DNA of 63,124 bases, filler included, from 9 parts of 9 records of this genome joined end to end with filler, not necessarily neighbours in it; one strand, 5' to 3'; shown: positions 1 to 11,592, numbered from the whole stretch's first letter. Numbers and translations: made by a program. The notes: a model not told the origin generated them from the sequence alone.

Positions 1-40
1 CCTTGGCCAAGGGGGATTTAGGGGGATGTTCTCCCCTCCT
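1..40. repeat. Partial G/C-rich REP-like palindromic repeat at contig edge
   Basis: CCTTGGCCAAGG palindrome followed by GGGGGATTTAGGGGGAT, the pattern of short intergenic CCCCC..GGGGG repeats. Truncated at window start. Confidence 0.45.
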
Positions 41-273
41 GCTAAATTATTCTCTTTATAGATTTTTACATCCGCCCCAACAATACATCATTTAGGCAGG
101 ACACCAAAACAAAAAATACAATCCAACCACACGAAAAAGGCACACAGACGAAAAAACTTCTCCATGTGCCTATATTTTTCTAAATACAAGATGATTTTAT
201 CCCCATTTATTAAAAATAGTGAAAAAAGATTTTACGAAAACCATCCTGTTGATGCAAGTAAAAAAAACATGAT

Positions 274-1385
274 TTATTGTGGAAATCTTTTCCGGATAGG
301 CGTTTTTTTGAAATCCGATCGATTTATATGTACATCCACATTGGGATTATAACCTTCCTTGTTGGTATAGATAACATCGCCACTCTCATTGATCCAGCGG
401 TATTGCCACTGATTGGAGCCAACTTCAACCTGGTTCGTGTAAGGATTGACATATTCCTCCTGATCTGTCAGAGTTAAGAACATGTCATTGTGGATTTCCG
501 CATTTGTTTTTTGTCGATGTTCAGCAATTTCACGATCAATCCGTTGGATATCCCGTTGTGTATTGATGGCAATCTGGCCCCGCTTTATCTGACCCTGAAG
601 TTCACCTGTAAGCCATTGTCTGTCAATTATAACCGAGTTCTGTATGATGCTAAAAACAGCCTCCCAATTGGCAAACTGCTTGTCTGGTGTCCGTATGAGA
701 AACGTTCTCTTTTATTTCCCCACATGCCGGCACCAATTTGTCCCCAGTTTTCGATAACAGTCACCATCTTTTCTTTATAGGTCGTGCCTGCTTCATTGTA
801 GGTTAGAGTCATCATCGCCGCATCATAACTAAATGAGCTTAGCAGGGGTGACATGGCTCTGACCCGTTGCTGGAATTTTTGCGCAAGAGCGGACAGATTT
901 TTTTGCTCGATAATGTTCGAGTTACCAGCCTGTGGATGCGCGTACGGAAAAACAATCTGACTCATAAAGTTTACCGCAGACATGACCGGATAAACCGTCA
1001 TTCCCTGGTAATTACTCCCAAGTGGAAAAAGTCCCATTTGCCCGGCTGGCGACATACGGGCATCAAAATACAGAACATCAGGCAGCCAGCGGATCATTAC
1101 GCTGCCCTTTTGATCCTTTTTAACAGCAAAATCCAGTTTGGCTGCGATGGATTGACTGGCTCCTCCTTGTGCCGTGGGATCAACCCGAAAAATGCCACCC
1201 TCTATCTGCCAGCCTTTAGGAATTAGCAAACTAAAGGCCTTTTCCCGTGGTTCTTTTACGCGATGAAAAACCATTGTTTGCATGTCTGACGACTGGATCG
1301 TGGATCCGGCTTGGGGGCTCTTTTTTGCAGGAAGAGGATTGATGAAAATGAAAAGGAGTACAATTACCAAAGTAAATGCCTTCAT
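274..1385 (-). CDS. Secreted hypothetical protein of about 370 aa, split by an apparent indel near 705-715
   Basis: ORF 627-1394 has a signal peptide (MKAFTLVIVLLFIFINPLPA). Shifting frame after ...MWGNK gives an open frame (TFLIRTPDKQFANWEAVF...EIHNDMFLTLTDQEEY) that runs into ORF 274-483. Confidence 0.7.
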
Positions 1386-1539
1386 TTCAACCACCTGAAA
1401 TTAAAAGTCGGTTAATTTTTTTGATCCCTGCGACCGCTTGTATTTTTAGCCATAATGAAACGATTTCTACGGGTTGAGTTTAACCGGCTAAAAAGAGAAT
1501 GTCAAAAAGATAATTAAACAGAAAAAAGCGGTCGAGGAT

Positions 1540-1615
1540 ATAAAAATAGCAGATAGCCAAATTATTGAACGCCTAGGGGGGTCAGCGCTCAAAGGAGGGG
1601 GATTGACTATCTGCC
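1540..1615 (-). ncRNA. Candidate sRNA or leader of about 75 nt with two C-rich single-stranded tracts
   Basis: 12-bp outer stem (1549-1560/1603-1614) and 8-bp inner stem (1565-1572/1585-1592). Both mismatches become G.U pairs on the minus strand. U-rich tail and a TATATT -10 at 1626-1621. Confidence 0.5.
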
Positions 1616-1771
1616 AATATAATATAACCGATTTTTATTTTTGATTGTTCCACTTTTTTAAAAATTGCACTTTTGTTAAAGTAAACAATTTTGATTTTTC
1701 ATTAATTCTGTTAATTTTAGGGATAAGGAATAATTTTAGAATATACAAAAGGAAAAATTATATGAGAGAAA

Positions 1772-3256
1772 GTGCAGGAGCTGTTTTTGATAAATTCAAC
1801 TAAGGTTCGGGATCAGCAATCCAGAAAATCCTTTCTATGGGATGCTTTTCAACTGGGTTCGGGAACAGCTCTGGCTCAGATTTTGACCATTCTTGCCGTG
1901 CCGATCCTTTCCAGAATGTATAGTCCGGAGGCCTTTGGCATCACGGGCCTGTTTATTTCACTGGTTACTATTTTTTCAACCATTTCCGGGCTTCGCTATG
2001 ACATAGCTATCGTTTTGCCGGAAAAAGAATCAGACGGATTTGCTTTGCTGCAAGTGCAAATTGGCTTTACCCTACTTATGGGGGTTGTGACAGGTCTTAT
2101 ATTCGGATTTGGGCGTTTTTTAATAGCCGATTGGTTCAATTCACCTCATCTCGCTTCCTATCTCTGGTTTGCCGGACCAGCAGTGATTATTTTTGGCCTG
2201 ATGAATGGCCTGAATTACTGGAACACGCGACGTAAACGGTTCAAGCTGTTGGCCGCGTCAAAATTGATAAATAACGCCAGCATGGTTTTTGTACAGTTGT
2301 CTTTGGCTATCCTGGGATATCCAATCGCCGGCGCCCTGATAGGTGGTAATGTTCTGGGGAAATTTTTGGAAGATCTTGTTCAGGGATACAAGACCATTTT
2401 TGATGCGAAAAAGAGCACGTTGTTTTCAAAAAACAGTTCAGACTTGTTTTCTTTAATGGTTCGCTATAAAAAATTTCCCATTTATAACACCTGGGCTGCG
2501 CTGGTGAACACATTGTCCTGGTATGTGCCATCCTTTTTACTGGCCGTATTCTTTTCTCCAACAGTCGTTGGTTTTTATGTGGTGGGAGAAAGGGTGATCA
2601 GGGCACCCATGCAACTGGTTGGCCGGGCCTTTTCACAAGTGTTTTTTCAACGTGGCGCTCTGGCCGTAAACGACGGCACCCTGGGTCATCTTTTTCTTGA
2701 GACAATACAGATTTTAACAAAAATTCTACTGATCCCAACAGTTGTTCTAACGTTGCTTGGCAAGGATATTTTTATCATATTTCTCGGATCTCAATGGGCA
2801 GAGGCTGGTATTTATGTGCAGATCCTGGGCATGTGGGCTTTTCTCTGGTTTCTTGCCTCGCCAACATCACCCATTATGAGCATTACCGAAAACCAGGAAA
2901 AAGCATTGATTTTTAATATTGTCAACCTGGCCAGTAGACTTTTAGCGCTTTTGATTGGCGGTTTCCTGAAAAGCCCAAGAATAGCTATATTATTATTCGC
3001 CATTGCCGGCATTTTTTCTTATGGCTGGCAGCTTCTTTGGGTAGGACATATGGCGCAGGTTCCCTGGTATCGTACTCTGGGAAAAATACTGGGCAAAGAT
3101 ATCTATTGGGCTGTTTTATTGGCCATCATTTTGCTGATGTTGAAATTAATGCATTTTTCATCTTTGCTGTTGATTTTGATTGCTATCCTTTTTACTATGT
3201 GTTATTATGGATTTATATTTAAACAGTATAAACATTTCTTTTTTAAAGGTAAATAA
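1772..3256 (+). CDS. Oligosaccharide flippase (Wzx/MOP family)
   Basis: 494 aa with many TM helices. Motifs PILSRMYSPEAFG, LRYDIAIVLP and RYKKFP are typical of polysaccharide flippases. Confidence 0.9.
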   Translation: MQELFLINSTKVRDQQSRKSFLWDAFQLGSGTALAQILTILAVPILSRMYSPEAFGITGLFISLVTIFSTISGLRYDIAIVLPEKESDGFALLQVQIGFTLLMGVVTGLIFGFGRFLIADWFNSPHLASYLWFAGPAVIIFGLMNGLNYWNTRRKRFKLLAASKLINNASMVFVQLSLAILGYPIAGALIGGNVLGKFLEDLVQGYKTIFDAKKSTLFSKNSSDLFSLMVRYKKFPIYNTWAALVNTLSWYVPSFLLAVFFSPTVVGFYVVGERVIRAPMQLVGRAFSQVFFQRGALAVNDGTLGHLFLETIQILTKILLIPTVVLTLLGKDIFIIFLGSQWAEAGIYVQILGMWAFLWFLASPTSPIMSITENQEKALIFNIVNLASRLLALLIGGFLKSPRIAILLFAIAGIFSYGWQLLWVGHMAQVPWYRTLGKILGKDIYWAVLLAIILLMLKLMHFSSLLLILIAILFTMCYYGFIFKQYKHFFFKGK

Positions 3257-3306
3257 TGTCCCTTAAAAAATAATGGATTAATAAAGTGGATGAAAAAACG
3301 GAAACT

Positions 3307-3934
3307 ATGAATGGATTTGTTTACCGTTATTCCTCCACCTGGATTAATCAACTGGAACCTGAAAATCACTGGCGTCTTATTGGCATCAACAAAAGTTGAT
3401 GCAGGGAATTGTATTTCCAGGTGATCATGTTTTGGAAATTGGAATAGGAAGCGGTTTTACAGCCAACTATTTGAAAAACAAAGGCATTAAGGTTACTACT
3501 ATAGATATCGATGCGGACAAAAAACCGGACATTGTCGCCAATATTGTCACACACGATATTAAACAGACCTACGATCACATACTGGCCTTTGAAGTATTTG
3601 AACATATTCCTTATGAAAAAGTGGAAAAGCTTTTTCCACGTCTTTCAAAAGTGTGCCGCAAGAATCTATTCACGAGTGTGCCCAGAAATGAAGTACGTTG
3701 GTTTCGGGCGGAATTCTGGCTACCACTCTTGGGTAATCGTACCCTTGAATTAACAACCCGGAAATTTAAAATCACCGAACCGCATCACTACTGGGAGCTG
3801 GATTGGAAGAAGGTGAGTTTGAAAAGTTTAATTTACTTTTGCAGGAATCCGGTTTTAACCTGGTTTCTCAGGATAAAAAATGGTCCAGAATTTTCTCAGT
3901 CTACACCTCGGAAAGAACGAATGATGATAAGTAA
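3307..3934 (+). CDS. Class I SAM-dependent methyltransferase (apparent indels near 3380 and 3830)
   Basis: VLEIGIGSG motif I, VTTIDID, YDHILAFEVFEHIP. An N-terminus (MNGFVYRYSSTW...) and a C-terminus (...QESGFNLVSQDKKW...NDDK*) lie in adjacent frames. Confidence 0.75.
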
Positions 3935-4886
3935 ATACGTGAAAGAAATTGAAAAAAGAGTCTGGTTGATTTTAGAATATCTTTGTGTGGTCTTTGAAAA
4001 GGTATTTTTCAAATTAAATAGTAATAATGAAAAGAATGACATAAAATACCCACCTGTTTTTATTATTGGAGCTCCCAGATCCAGCACGACTCTTTTATAC
4101 CAGTTATTGGTTTATGGTTATGATTTTGGCTATTTTACGAATTTTATGGCTAAATTTTGTCGGGCTTCTATTTTGGCCACCTGGCTCGTAAGAAAAAGTT
4201 TTACAAAGGAAAAAATGACTGATTTCTCATCACGCCATGGTGAGACAAAAAACTGGAGTGGGCCTAATGAAGCCGGGGATTTCTGGTACCGTTGGTTCCC
4301 TAAGGGAAGAAATGTATATGTTGCTCCCGACAGCACAACTCATTTGAAACGAACAAAGTTTAGCCAAACTGTAAAAAACATGTCGGATATTGCAGAGCGA
4401 TCTTTTTTATTTAAAAATACCTTTAATTCCATGCGTGTTGCCGGTATTTTGGAGGCAATCCCGGAAGCGTGTATTCTGGTATGTTATCGAAAACCGGAAT
4501 ATGTGGCTCAATCCATCCTGAAATCGCGTATGGATCGCTATCAGGATAAAAATCGATGGTGGTCATTACGACCTAGGGAAATAGACGATATTGAGAACCA
4601 CCCGTATTGGGATCAGGTTGTAGAACAGGTTTATTATACTTATCGTCAGATTGAAAAAGATGAGAACTATTTTGGCAGCGCTCCATTTTTACACATTCAA
4701 TATGAAGACTTGTGCCAGAACACATCGAGAGTATTAGGTGAAATCGAAGAATTTTTGAAAAATCGAGGAGTCAACGCCGTTCGAAACAATGTCAACATCC
4801 CAGAACAATTTACCGTCTCTACTAAAAAACAAGTTAGTGATGAAGATTATAACCTGATTTTAAAAAAGGTAAATGAACTATGGTAA
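3921..4886 (+). CDS. PAPS-dependent sulfotransferase
   Basis: PVFIIGAPRSSTTLLYQLL 5'-PSB loop, CYRKPEYVAQS 3'-PB motif, IQYEDLC. The ATG overlaps the methyltransferase end. Confidence 0.85.
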   Translation: MMISKYVKEIEKRVWLILEYLCVVFEKVFFKLNSNNEKNDIKYPPVFIIGAPRSSTTLLYQLLVYGYDFGYFTNFMAKFCRASILATWLVRKSFTKEKMTDFSSRHGETKNWSGPNEAGDFWYRWFPKGRNVYVAPDSTTHLKRTKFSQTVKNMSDIAERSFLFKNTFNSMRVAGILEAIPEACILVCYRKPEYVAQSILKSRMDRYQDKNRWWSLRPREIDDIENHPYWDQVVEQVYYTYRQIEKDENYFGSAPFLHIQYEDLCQNTSRVLGEIEEFLKNRGVNAVRNNVNIPEQFTVSTKKQVSDEDYNLILKKVNELW

Positions 4887-5417
4887 AGAGAAGCGATAAG
4901 GATAGATCAGAGATTATATTCTCTCAACCATGGTGGTTGGATGCGGTTGCTCCCGGGAAATGGAACGAAATAACCATAAAAAAAAATGATCATACTATAG
5001 CGAGACTCCCCTATGTTTTACAAAAAAAATGGGGCTTTACTTTTATATCCATGCCTCCCTTGACTCAAAATCTGGGTCCATGGTTAAAACTGTCAGCGAA
5101 AAAGTATGCCAATCGTCTAGCAGAAGAAAAGGAACTGTTGTTCGAATTGATTTCAAAACTGCCCCAATTTGATATGTTCCGTCAGCGGTTTCATCATACC
5201 TTTACAAATTGGTTGCCCTTTTACTGGAAGAATTTTCAGCAGACTACCCGGTATACATATATGATCGAATCCCTTGCTGATCAGGATTTTGTTTGGAACT
5301 CTTTTCGTGAGAATGCCCGACGGGAAATTCGTAAAGCAAAGAAACGCGTCGAGATCAGGGATGATTTGGGAATCGATTCTTTTCTAAATTTGAACGAGTT
5401 GACATTCCAGCGCCAGG
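4880..5417 (+). CDS. GNAT/FemAB-like acyltransferase, 3'-truncated by contig end
   Basis: FSQPWWLDAV, MPPLTQNLGPW, NWLPFYWKNFQQTTRYTY and RREIRKAKK match the FemAB-related GNAT proteins found in polysaccharide loci. Confidence 0.75.
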
Positions 5418-5517
5418 NNNNNNNNNNNNNNNNNNNNNNNNNNNNNNNNNNNNNNNNNNNNTTAATTAATTAANNNNNNNNNNNNNNNNNNNNNNNNNNN
5501 NNNNNNNNNNNNNNNNN
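5418..5517. other. Artificial contig linker (N44-TTAATTAATTAA-N44)
   Basis: Six-frame stop spacer flanked by Ns. The same linker occurs 8 times. Confidence 0.99.
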
Positions 5518-6532
5518 TGGTCAGAGGTCCCTTCGATATGCGCATCGAGGGGGACCGAGACCGAAACTCCCAGCCCAATCCCGTCGTTCCAGTCGTCGGC
5601 CGTCCATGAATCTGCATCAAAGAGGGGGTTAAGGCTCGAAGACCATCCCAGACTTAAATTCAGCGAGGGAGAATAGAGATTTCTGGCCGTGAGCTCCTTA
5701 TTGATTTCTGCAAGCTGTAATTCGAGTTCGGCTATTTTCAGACTTTCATTATTAAGGATCCGCAGGCTTAGGTCCTCAGCCGTGCTGTTTAAAAACCCGT
5801 CAGAAAGCCGTTCTGAGTCCGGGGGCAGTGTAAAAGGGGTGTTCTCCTCAAGGCCGAGGTAATCACGGAATGTGATCATCCTTTTTTCCTGCTCCACCTC
5901 CGCTTTTTGAAATGAGGGCAGGTCCCGTGCTGCGGCAATTTTAGCGGTGAGCACTTCCAGATCGGAGCGAAGCCCCTGATTATACTGGGTTTCTATCCGT
6001 TCCTGCCTGTTCTGTGCCAGAGTCATACTCTGTTTAAGGAGATCAATCGTGTTGAAACCCGCTGTTATCTGGAAATAGAGTTTCTTAAGGGCTGTCCTTA
6101 GATCTCTCAGCCTTGACTGTCGCTCCAGCATTAGGATATTGAGCTCCAGGGCCTCCTTCTGATCCTCCAGGCTGATATTGAAATTGATCCCCAGCCGTAC
6201 ATCCAGGGAACCTCGGACGGACCAGTTATCGGCCTCTGTCCGATCGGCGTTTTCCGGATTGGTCAGCCGGCTGATGAAAGGGGAATTTCAGAGAGAGAGG
6301 CTCCGGCACCTATACCCGGAATCCAGTATTTTTTATTCACCGCTTCCCTGATCAGGATTTCCTGATCGATCTGTAATCGCTGGAGTTCCAGGTTATTGGC
6401 TTTCATCATTTTCCAGGCCGAATCAAAATCGATAAGAGCCCCATCCTGTTGGTTTTCACTGGCCAGGAGGACCGTGCTGGAGACCAAAAATAGAAAAAGA
6501 ATTACAATTAGGCGAAATCGGGCTGTGCTCAT
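5518..6532 (-). CDS. TolC-family outer membrane efflux protein, frameshifted near 6290 and 3'-truncated
   Basis: Signal peptide in ORF 6263-6532. Coiled-coil OEP repeat (QYNQGLRSDLEVLTAK) in ORF 5466-6131. Lies directly downstream of the RND gene. The break is probably at the (GA)n tract. Confidence 0.8.
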
Positions 6533-9500
6533 TTTATATCTCCCCTCTTGCGGTGAGTCAGTACGATGAGTGACGGAACGGCAAAGATTGTGAACAAGGT
6601 TGAGACGAACAGACCGCCGGAAACAGCAATGCCGAGGGGCTGGAGGATATTGGAGCCCTCACCAAGGCCGATGGCCAGAGGAAGCATTCCGAATATGGTC
6701 GTCATGGTGGTGATTATCACCGGCTGAAAACGAATGCCCGCGGTGGTAACCAGGGCTGTTTTGTAGTCAGCGTATTCGTTCCGGCTTTTCAGGTAGAAAT
6801 CGAGCATGATTATGGCATTATTGACGACGATACCCCCCAGAAGAATGGTACCCAGCAGTGAGTTCAGATTCAGGGTTGAATTGAATATTTTCAAAGAAAA
6901 GATGACGCCTATAAAACCGAGAGGGATGGTGACCAGGATGATGATGGGAATCCAGAGAGAATTAAACTGAAAGGCCAGCAGGAGATATATCAATAGTATC
7001 GAGATAGCGAGGGCAAGGAAGAGGGATCTGATGGATTCATCTATTTCTATCCGTGGGTTGTCAAAACTGTAACTGTACCCCTCGGGAAGGAGTAATACCT
7101 CTTCCAGGTAGGTCCGGGCTTCTTTCTGCAGCCTTGCCCTTTCGGCATCACTGATCCGGAAGCCCGAAAATCCGTATACCCGGAAGGAGAGTTCCCCGTT
7201 CTCGCTGTAGATTTGTGAAACTCCTTCGCTGGTATCAAAATCAAAAAAATGCTTCAAGGGGATAAAACTCTGACGCCAGGGGATCAGGAAATCTTCCAGT
7301 TCTTCCCGGGTATCCAGCTCTTCGGATGGATAGTCTGCTGAGACTTCAATATCTTCGATTCCGTTACTCAGGGTGACCGAAGAGGTCCCCGAAAGGATTC
7401 TGCGGATTAGGGCGGAGAGGTTTGATTCAGACCAGGGGGAGAGGACGTTGATTGTTTCTTCCCGGGGTTTCAAATTCAGCTGCTGTATAAGGGAGGATGA
7501 AGGCCGGGTGAATGTCCGGCGGTAAAACTCCTCTTCATTCAGCAGGGTCTGAATGGAGGTGAGGAGCTCCACCTTTACAGCCGGATCGGGGCCGTACAGG
7601 CTGATTTGAAAATCATAACTCATCGGAAGGGGGAGTGCCGCGGGATCCCAGGCGAGGATATTGTAATACCAGTCCCCTTCGGAGATGAATATTTTCTGAA
7701 GCCGGCTCATGGCTTCCTCGGTCTCGTCGGCACTGCGCAGGTCAAGGAAGGTCTGGTTAAAACGGCCGGAGAGGTTCGTAAATTTCTGCACGAGCATTTC
7801 CCCCAGAGCTTCCTCTATTTGAGCGTTCATCTCCGGCAGGATATCCGTCATAATCTCTTCGGGATCGCTTATAGAGCTATTCCTGAAAAAGAAAACAATT
7901 CTGTCGGATGTCGGAGTCGAAATAATCTCTCGGGGGATCTGGGGCATGACATAATAGATGGAGAAACCCAGGGTGCCGAAGGCCAGGACGAGGAAGAGAA
8001 AGGCTCTCACCTTTCTGGTGATAAGCCATAACAGGATCGTTTTATACACCTTCGTTAATCGGGCGACACTCTTTTCGATATGATGTTGTAGAAATCTATG
8101 AGGCCGCTTTTTCCTGTCACTCCTTTTAAAAAGATGGTAACAGATAAGAGGCACCAGGGTCAGGGAGACAACAAGAGAGATTAAAAGCGCGAACACTACC
8201 GTCTTTGCCTGATCGCCCAGAATGGCATTGGTCAGGGGAGCGGTGAAGGAAATGGGAACAAACACAAGAACCGAGGTGAGGGTCGATACGATGACCGGAG
8301 CCCTGACTTCGCCGACAGAATTCAGGACCGTCTGCATCCAGTGAGTCGGAATTAAAGCCTCTTCATTTTTTAATCTATGGCGGTGAATATTCTCCATTAT
8401 AACAATCGTAGAATCCACAATCATACCGACCGCCAGGGCGAGTCCTCCCAGTGAAATCAGGTTAATCGATATTCCGAACACCGCCATAAGCAGAAAACTT
8501 AAAATTATGGTCACCGGAAGCGATGCTGCTATCAGGAGGGTGTTTTTCCATTCACCAAGGATCAGGAAGACAATAAAGATCGCCAGACACCCGCCGATAA
8601 GCGCGGCATTGACCACATTATCGATGGATTTCTGGATATATTTGGCGGGATCAAGATAGAGGGAGTATTCTGTGTCCTCCGGGATCAGGCCTGTTTCCCG
8701 GGCTTCCTCGACAATCGTCCGGATCTCCCGGGTCATGGCATTAATATTTCCCCCTTCGACCGGGGTCGCCGTCAGTTGAACGGCAGGAGCTCCCTCCACA
8801 AGGAAAACACGGGAAGGCAGGGTGTAGCGGATATCCAGGACGGCAATATCGTCGAGGGTAATACTGGAATCACCCACTTTTTTGACCTCCAGCCTGGGAA
8901 GGCTTTCAAGGCTCGTTCCGTTCTTTTCCAATCGGACACTCAGCCTTTCCTCGGCGGTCCGGATGGATCCAAGGGGCTGAGGCAGAAATCCCGCCTGTAA
9001 AGCTGTGTTCACATCGCTGATGGTGATCCCGTAGGAGAGCATCTTCATCTGCTCCAGCTCGATATCGACGAGAAGCCTCTCGGTATTGTAAAAGCCGATC
9101 TCTTCTACATCGGCCACCCTGTTCAGCTTCGATTCAAGGTTGTTTTTAAGGAGCTGATAAAGATCCTCCGAGGCCATTTCGCTTGAGGTGAGCCCCATAA
9201 CCAGGTAGCCGGCATTTTCACCCTCCCGGTAGCGGATTGAGTAACTGTCGCGTATTTCGGAGGGAAGGGAAGAGTTTATGGTGGTCATCTGATTTTCAAC
9301 ATTCGCCCGGGCCACATCACTCTCAATATTCCAATCGAAGGTGAGGTTGAACCGGCTTGAGTCGGTGGAATAGGTGGTCTCTAGAATATCCACGTTTTCC
9401 AGGGCCATAAGCCTCGATTCAATATTTTGGGCATACTGATCCTGGAAGTCTACCGCGGAAATACCGGAGTGTCTTAAATCGATCTGGACCTGGGGTCTCC

Positions 9501-9614
9501 TCGTCTGAGGATACATCATCACAGGGAGTCGTGCAGCGATGATGACACCGAGGGCGATCAGTATCAGGGTCAGGAGAAAAAGCCTGTGGCTTTACGGAAA
9601 ATAAATTCCAGCAT
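6529..9614 (-). CDS. RND efflux permease (AcrB/HAE1 family). Likely start 9614, with a 1-nt indel near 9590
   Basis: 997-aa ORF with NLISLGGLALAVGMIVDSTIV and RFQPVIITTMTTIFGMLPLA. The missing TM1 is recovered upstream from an ATG overlapping the MFP stop (TAATG). Confidence 0.93.
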
Positions 9615-10522
9615 TACTCTCTCCCGGAAGCCTGGGCGGACATGTTCATCCTTACAAGATCCCTTAAGGCCATACCTTCCTCTTCGTTTCCCCGAATTTC
9701 CGTCAGATATCGTTCCCCGGCCTCAAGCCCCTCTTCTATGGTGACATTACCGTCGTTTTCCTCCCCCGGGGTGATGACCCTGCGGGAGAGAGTCTTGTCT
9801 TCAGTCAGGATCCAAATCGAGGCATTATTATTTTCGAAAAGAAGGGAGGTTTTTGCAACGGTTAACCCCGCCGCTTTTTCCACCGGAAGATCGACGAAAA
9901 GAACCATTCCCAGAAAGAGCCCTTCCTGCTTACGAAACTCCATGGTGAGGCTGAAAAGCCCTGTGTCATAATCGGGCTCCTGGGAGACGCGTACGATTTT
10001 CCCCCTGAAGGAATCGCCGTCGGGAGTAAGGGCGGTGACGGGCATGGTGCCGAGGTCTCGAACGGCCTGAGTATCCCTGTCGCTTATAGTTGTCTGCAGA
10101 ATGTAGGCGCTGTTATCAAGTATGGTAACAGCTGGGCCGCCCGACGAGACCTGCTCGGTCTCATAGACATGGATCTCTGACACAACACCCCTGACTCTGG
10201 ATTCAAGGAATACGGGGAGGAAAGTTTCTCCCACCGCATCACGTACTATCCTGACTAATGATCTGCCGACATTTACTGTGTCGCCGACCTCGACCAATAT
10301 TTCATCGACATACCCGCTGATAGTAAAGTTGTGACTAATCTTTCTTAAAGGAAGCAGCCGGCCTCCTACGGTGATAGACCGTCCCTGGCTTGCCGGTTTA
10401 GCCTCGGAAAAAATACCTCCGTCAGCTCCGGGTCTTCCTCCTCCCCAGCCTGATTGAGCTGCAAGGGGTGATGAGAGGATGGATACAATAAGGAGAATCA
10501 CGGCTAGAGTAAAGCGTTTCAT
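9614..10522 (-). CDS. Periplasmic adaptor (MFP) lacking the alpha-helical hairpin, BesA-like
   Basis: Lipoyl half-motifs (ISGYVDEILVEVGDTV and VRGVVSEIHVYETEQV) are joined by a short linker with no coiled coil. LFLGM and GLEAGERY motifs present. Confidence 0.85.
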   Translation of the reverse strand: MKRFTLAVILLIVSILSSPLAAQSGWGGGRPGADGGIFSEAKPASQGRSITVGGRLLPLRKISHNFTISGYVDEILVEVGDTVNVGRSLVRIVRDAVGETFLPVFLESRVRGVVSEIHVYETEQVSSGGPAVTILDNSAYILQTTISDRDTQAVRDLGTMPVTALTPDGDSFRGKIVRVSQEPDYDTGLFSLTMEFRKQEGLFLGMVLFVDLPVEKAAGLTVAKTSLLFENNNASIWILTEDKTLSRRVITPGEENDGNVTIEEGLEAGERYLTEIRGNEEEGMALRDLVRMNMSAQASGRE

Positions 10523-10642
10523 GAATACCTCTTTTGTAATCAGTTCATATAATAATATCATATCTTAGTCTCCGATGTTGCAGTTTTCAGCGATTTCAAC
10601 CGGTTATCAGGGGACCTATATCTCCGTCGGTTGTTCCCATCA

Positions 10643-11592
10643 TCAAGACAAGCGGGTGATCCTTATCTCCTTTGCGAAACTCTCCGGAGGCTGTTTCTTT
10701 GAAAGACCGGGGCCGAACATTGTCAGTTTGGATGATGTCCAGCAGACGGCCTGTAACAGGGCCTCCTCGGGTTTTTCTCCCAGGGCCAGTCCTCCGATAA
10801 ATCCAGCCAGGAAGGTGTCTCCCGCGCCCACCGTACTTTTCACAATAATATCGGCCGCCGTTGCCTGGTAGACTCGGTCTTTCAAATAGAGCCGGCTCCC
10901 ATCACCTCCCAGTGTGAGGGTAACCATTCCGACCTTTTTAAGGATTTCGTCCATAAGTCCGGTGATGGCGATTTCCGGATCCTCTGAGTTCAGTTCCTCG
11001 GGATAGATTTCCACCAGTTCATCGATATTGGGTTTGATAAGATCTGCAGCCCCCGATTCAATGACCCTCTGCAACGGTATTCCACTGGTATCAACAGCCG
11101 TAAAGACGCCTGCGTCCCGGGCCACGACAGCCAGTTCGGCATAGATGGTATCGGGAACTCCTGCTGGAAGGGAGCCTGCCATAGCAACATAATCAAAATC
11201 TTTTACCAGGTCGGCAAAAACTGCCCGAAACTCCTGTATCTCGGCTGGTTTAAGGTTAAAGCCTGTGAAGTTTATATCGGTGGTTATCATGTCTTCTGGA
11301 TCTGCAACTTTGATCCCTTCCCGGGTCGGTCCTTGGATATAAACAAATTCGTCCTGCAGGTGGTTGGCGCTGAAATGGTTTTTAAAAATGTCGGCGTTGG
11401 CTTTCCCCAGGAATCCTGTCACGGCTGTCGTCAGCCCCCCTGTGAGAGGGCTGTCGCAAGGTTTATCCCCTTGCCGCCGGGATCTCGTCTTCCCGAGGAG
11501 GCTCTGTTGACCTCATTGGTCCTGAAATGGGGGACCTCGATGGTATAGTCAATTGCAGGGTTCAAGGTTATGGTCAGGATTTTCTTTTTCAT
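10643..11592 (-). CDS. 1-phosphofructokinase/hexose kinase (PfkB family), frameshift in the run near 11435
   Basis: N-terminal MKKKILTITLNPAIDY...DPGGKGIN in one frame. GSLPAGV, IKPNIDEL and STVGAGDTFLAGF in ORF 10643-11422. Confidence 0.9.

Noticed and set aside
3396-4886. Apparent 496-aa methyltransferase-sulfotransferase fusion
   Set aside because: A sensible methyltransferase C-terminus ending at TAA 3934 lies in another frame, and the sulfotransferase has its own ATG at 3921. The fusion is best explained by an indel near 3830.
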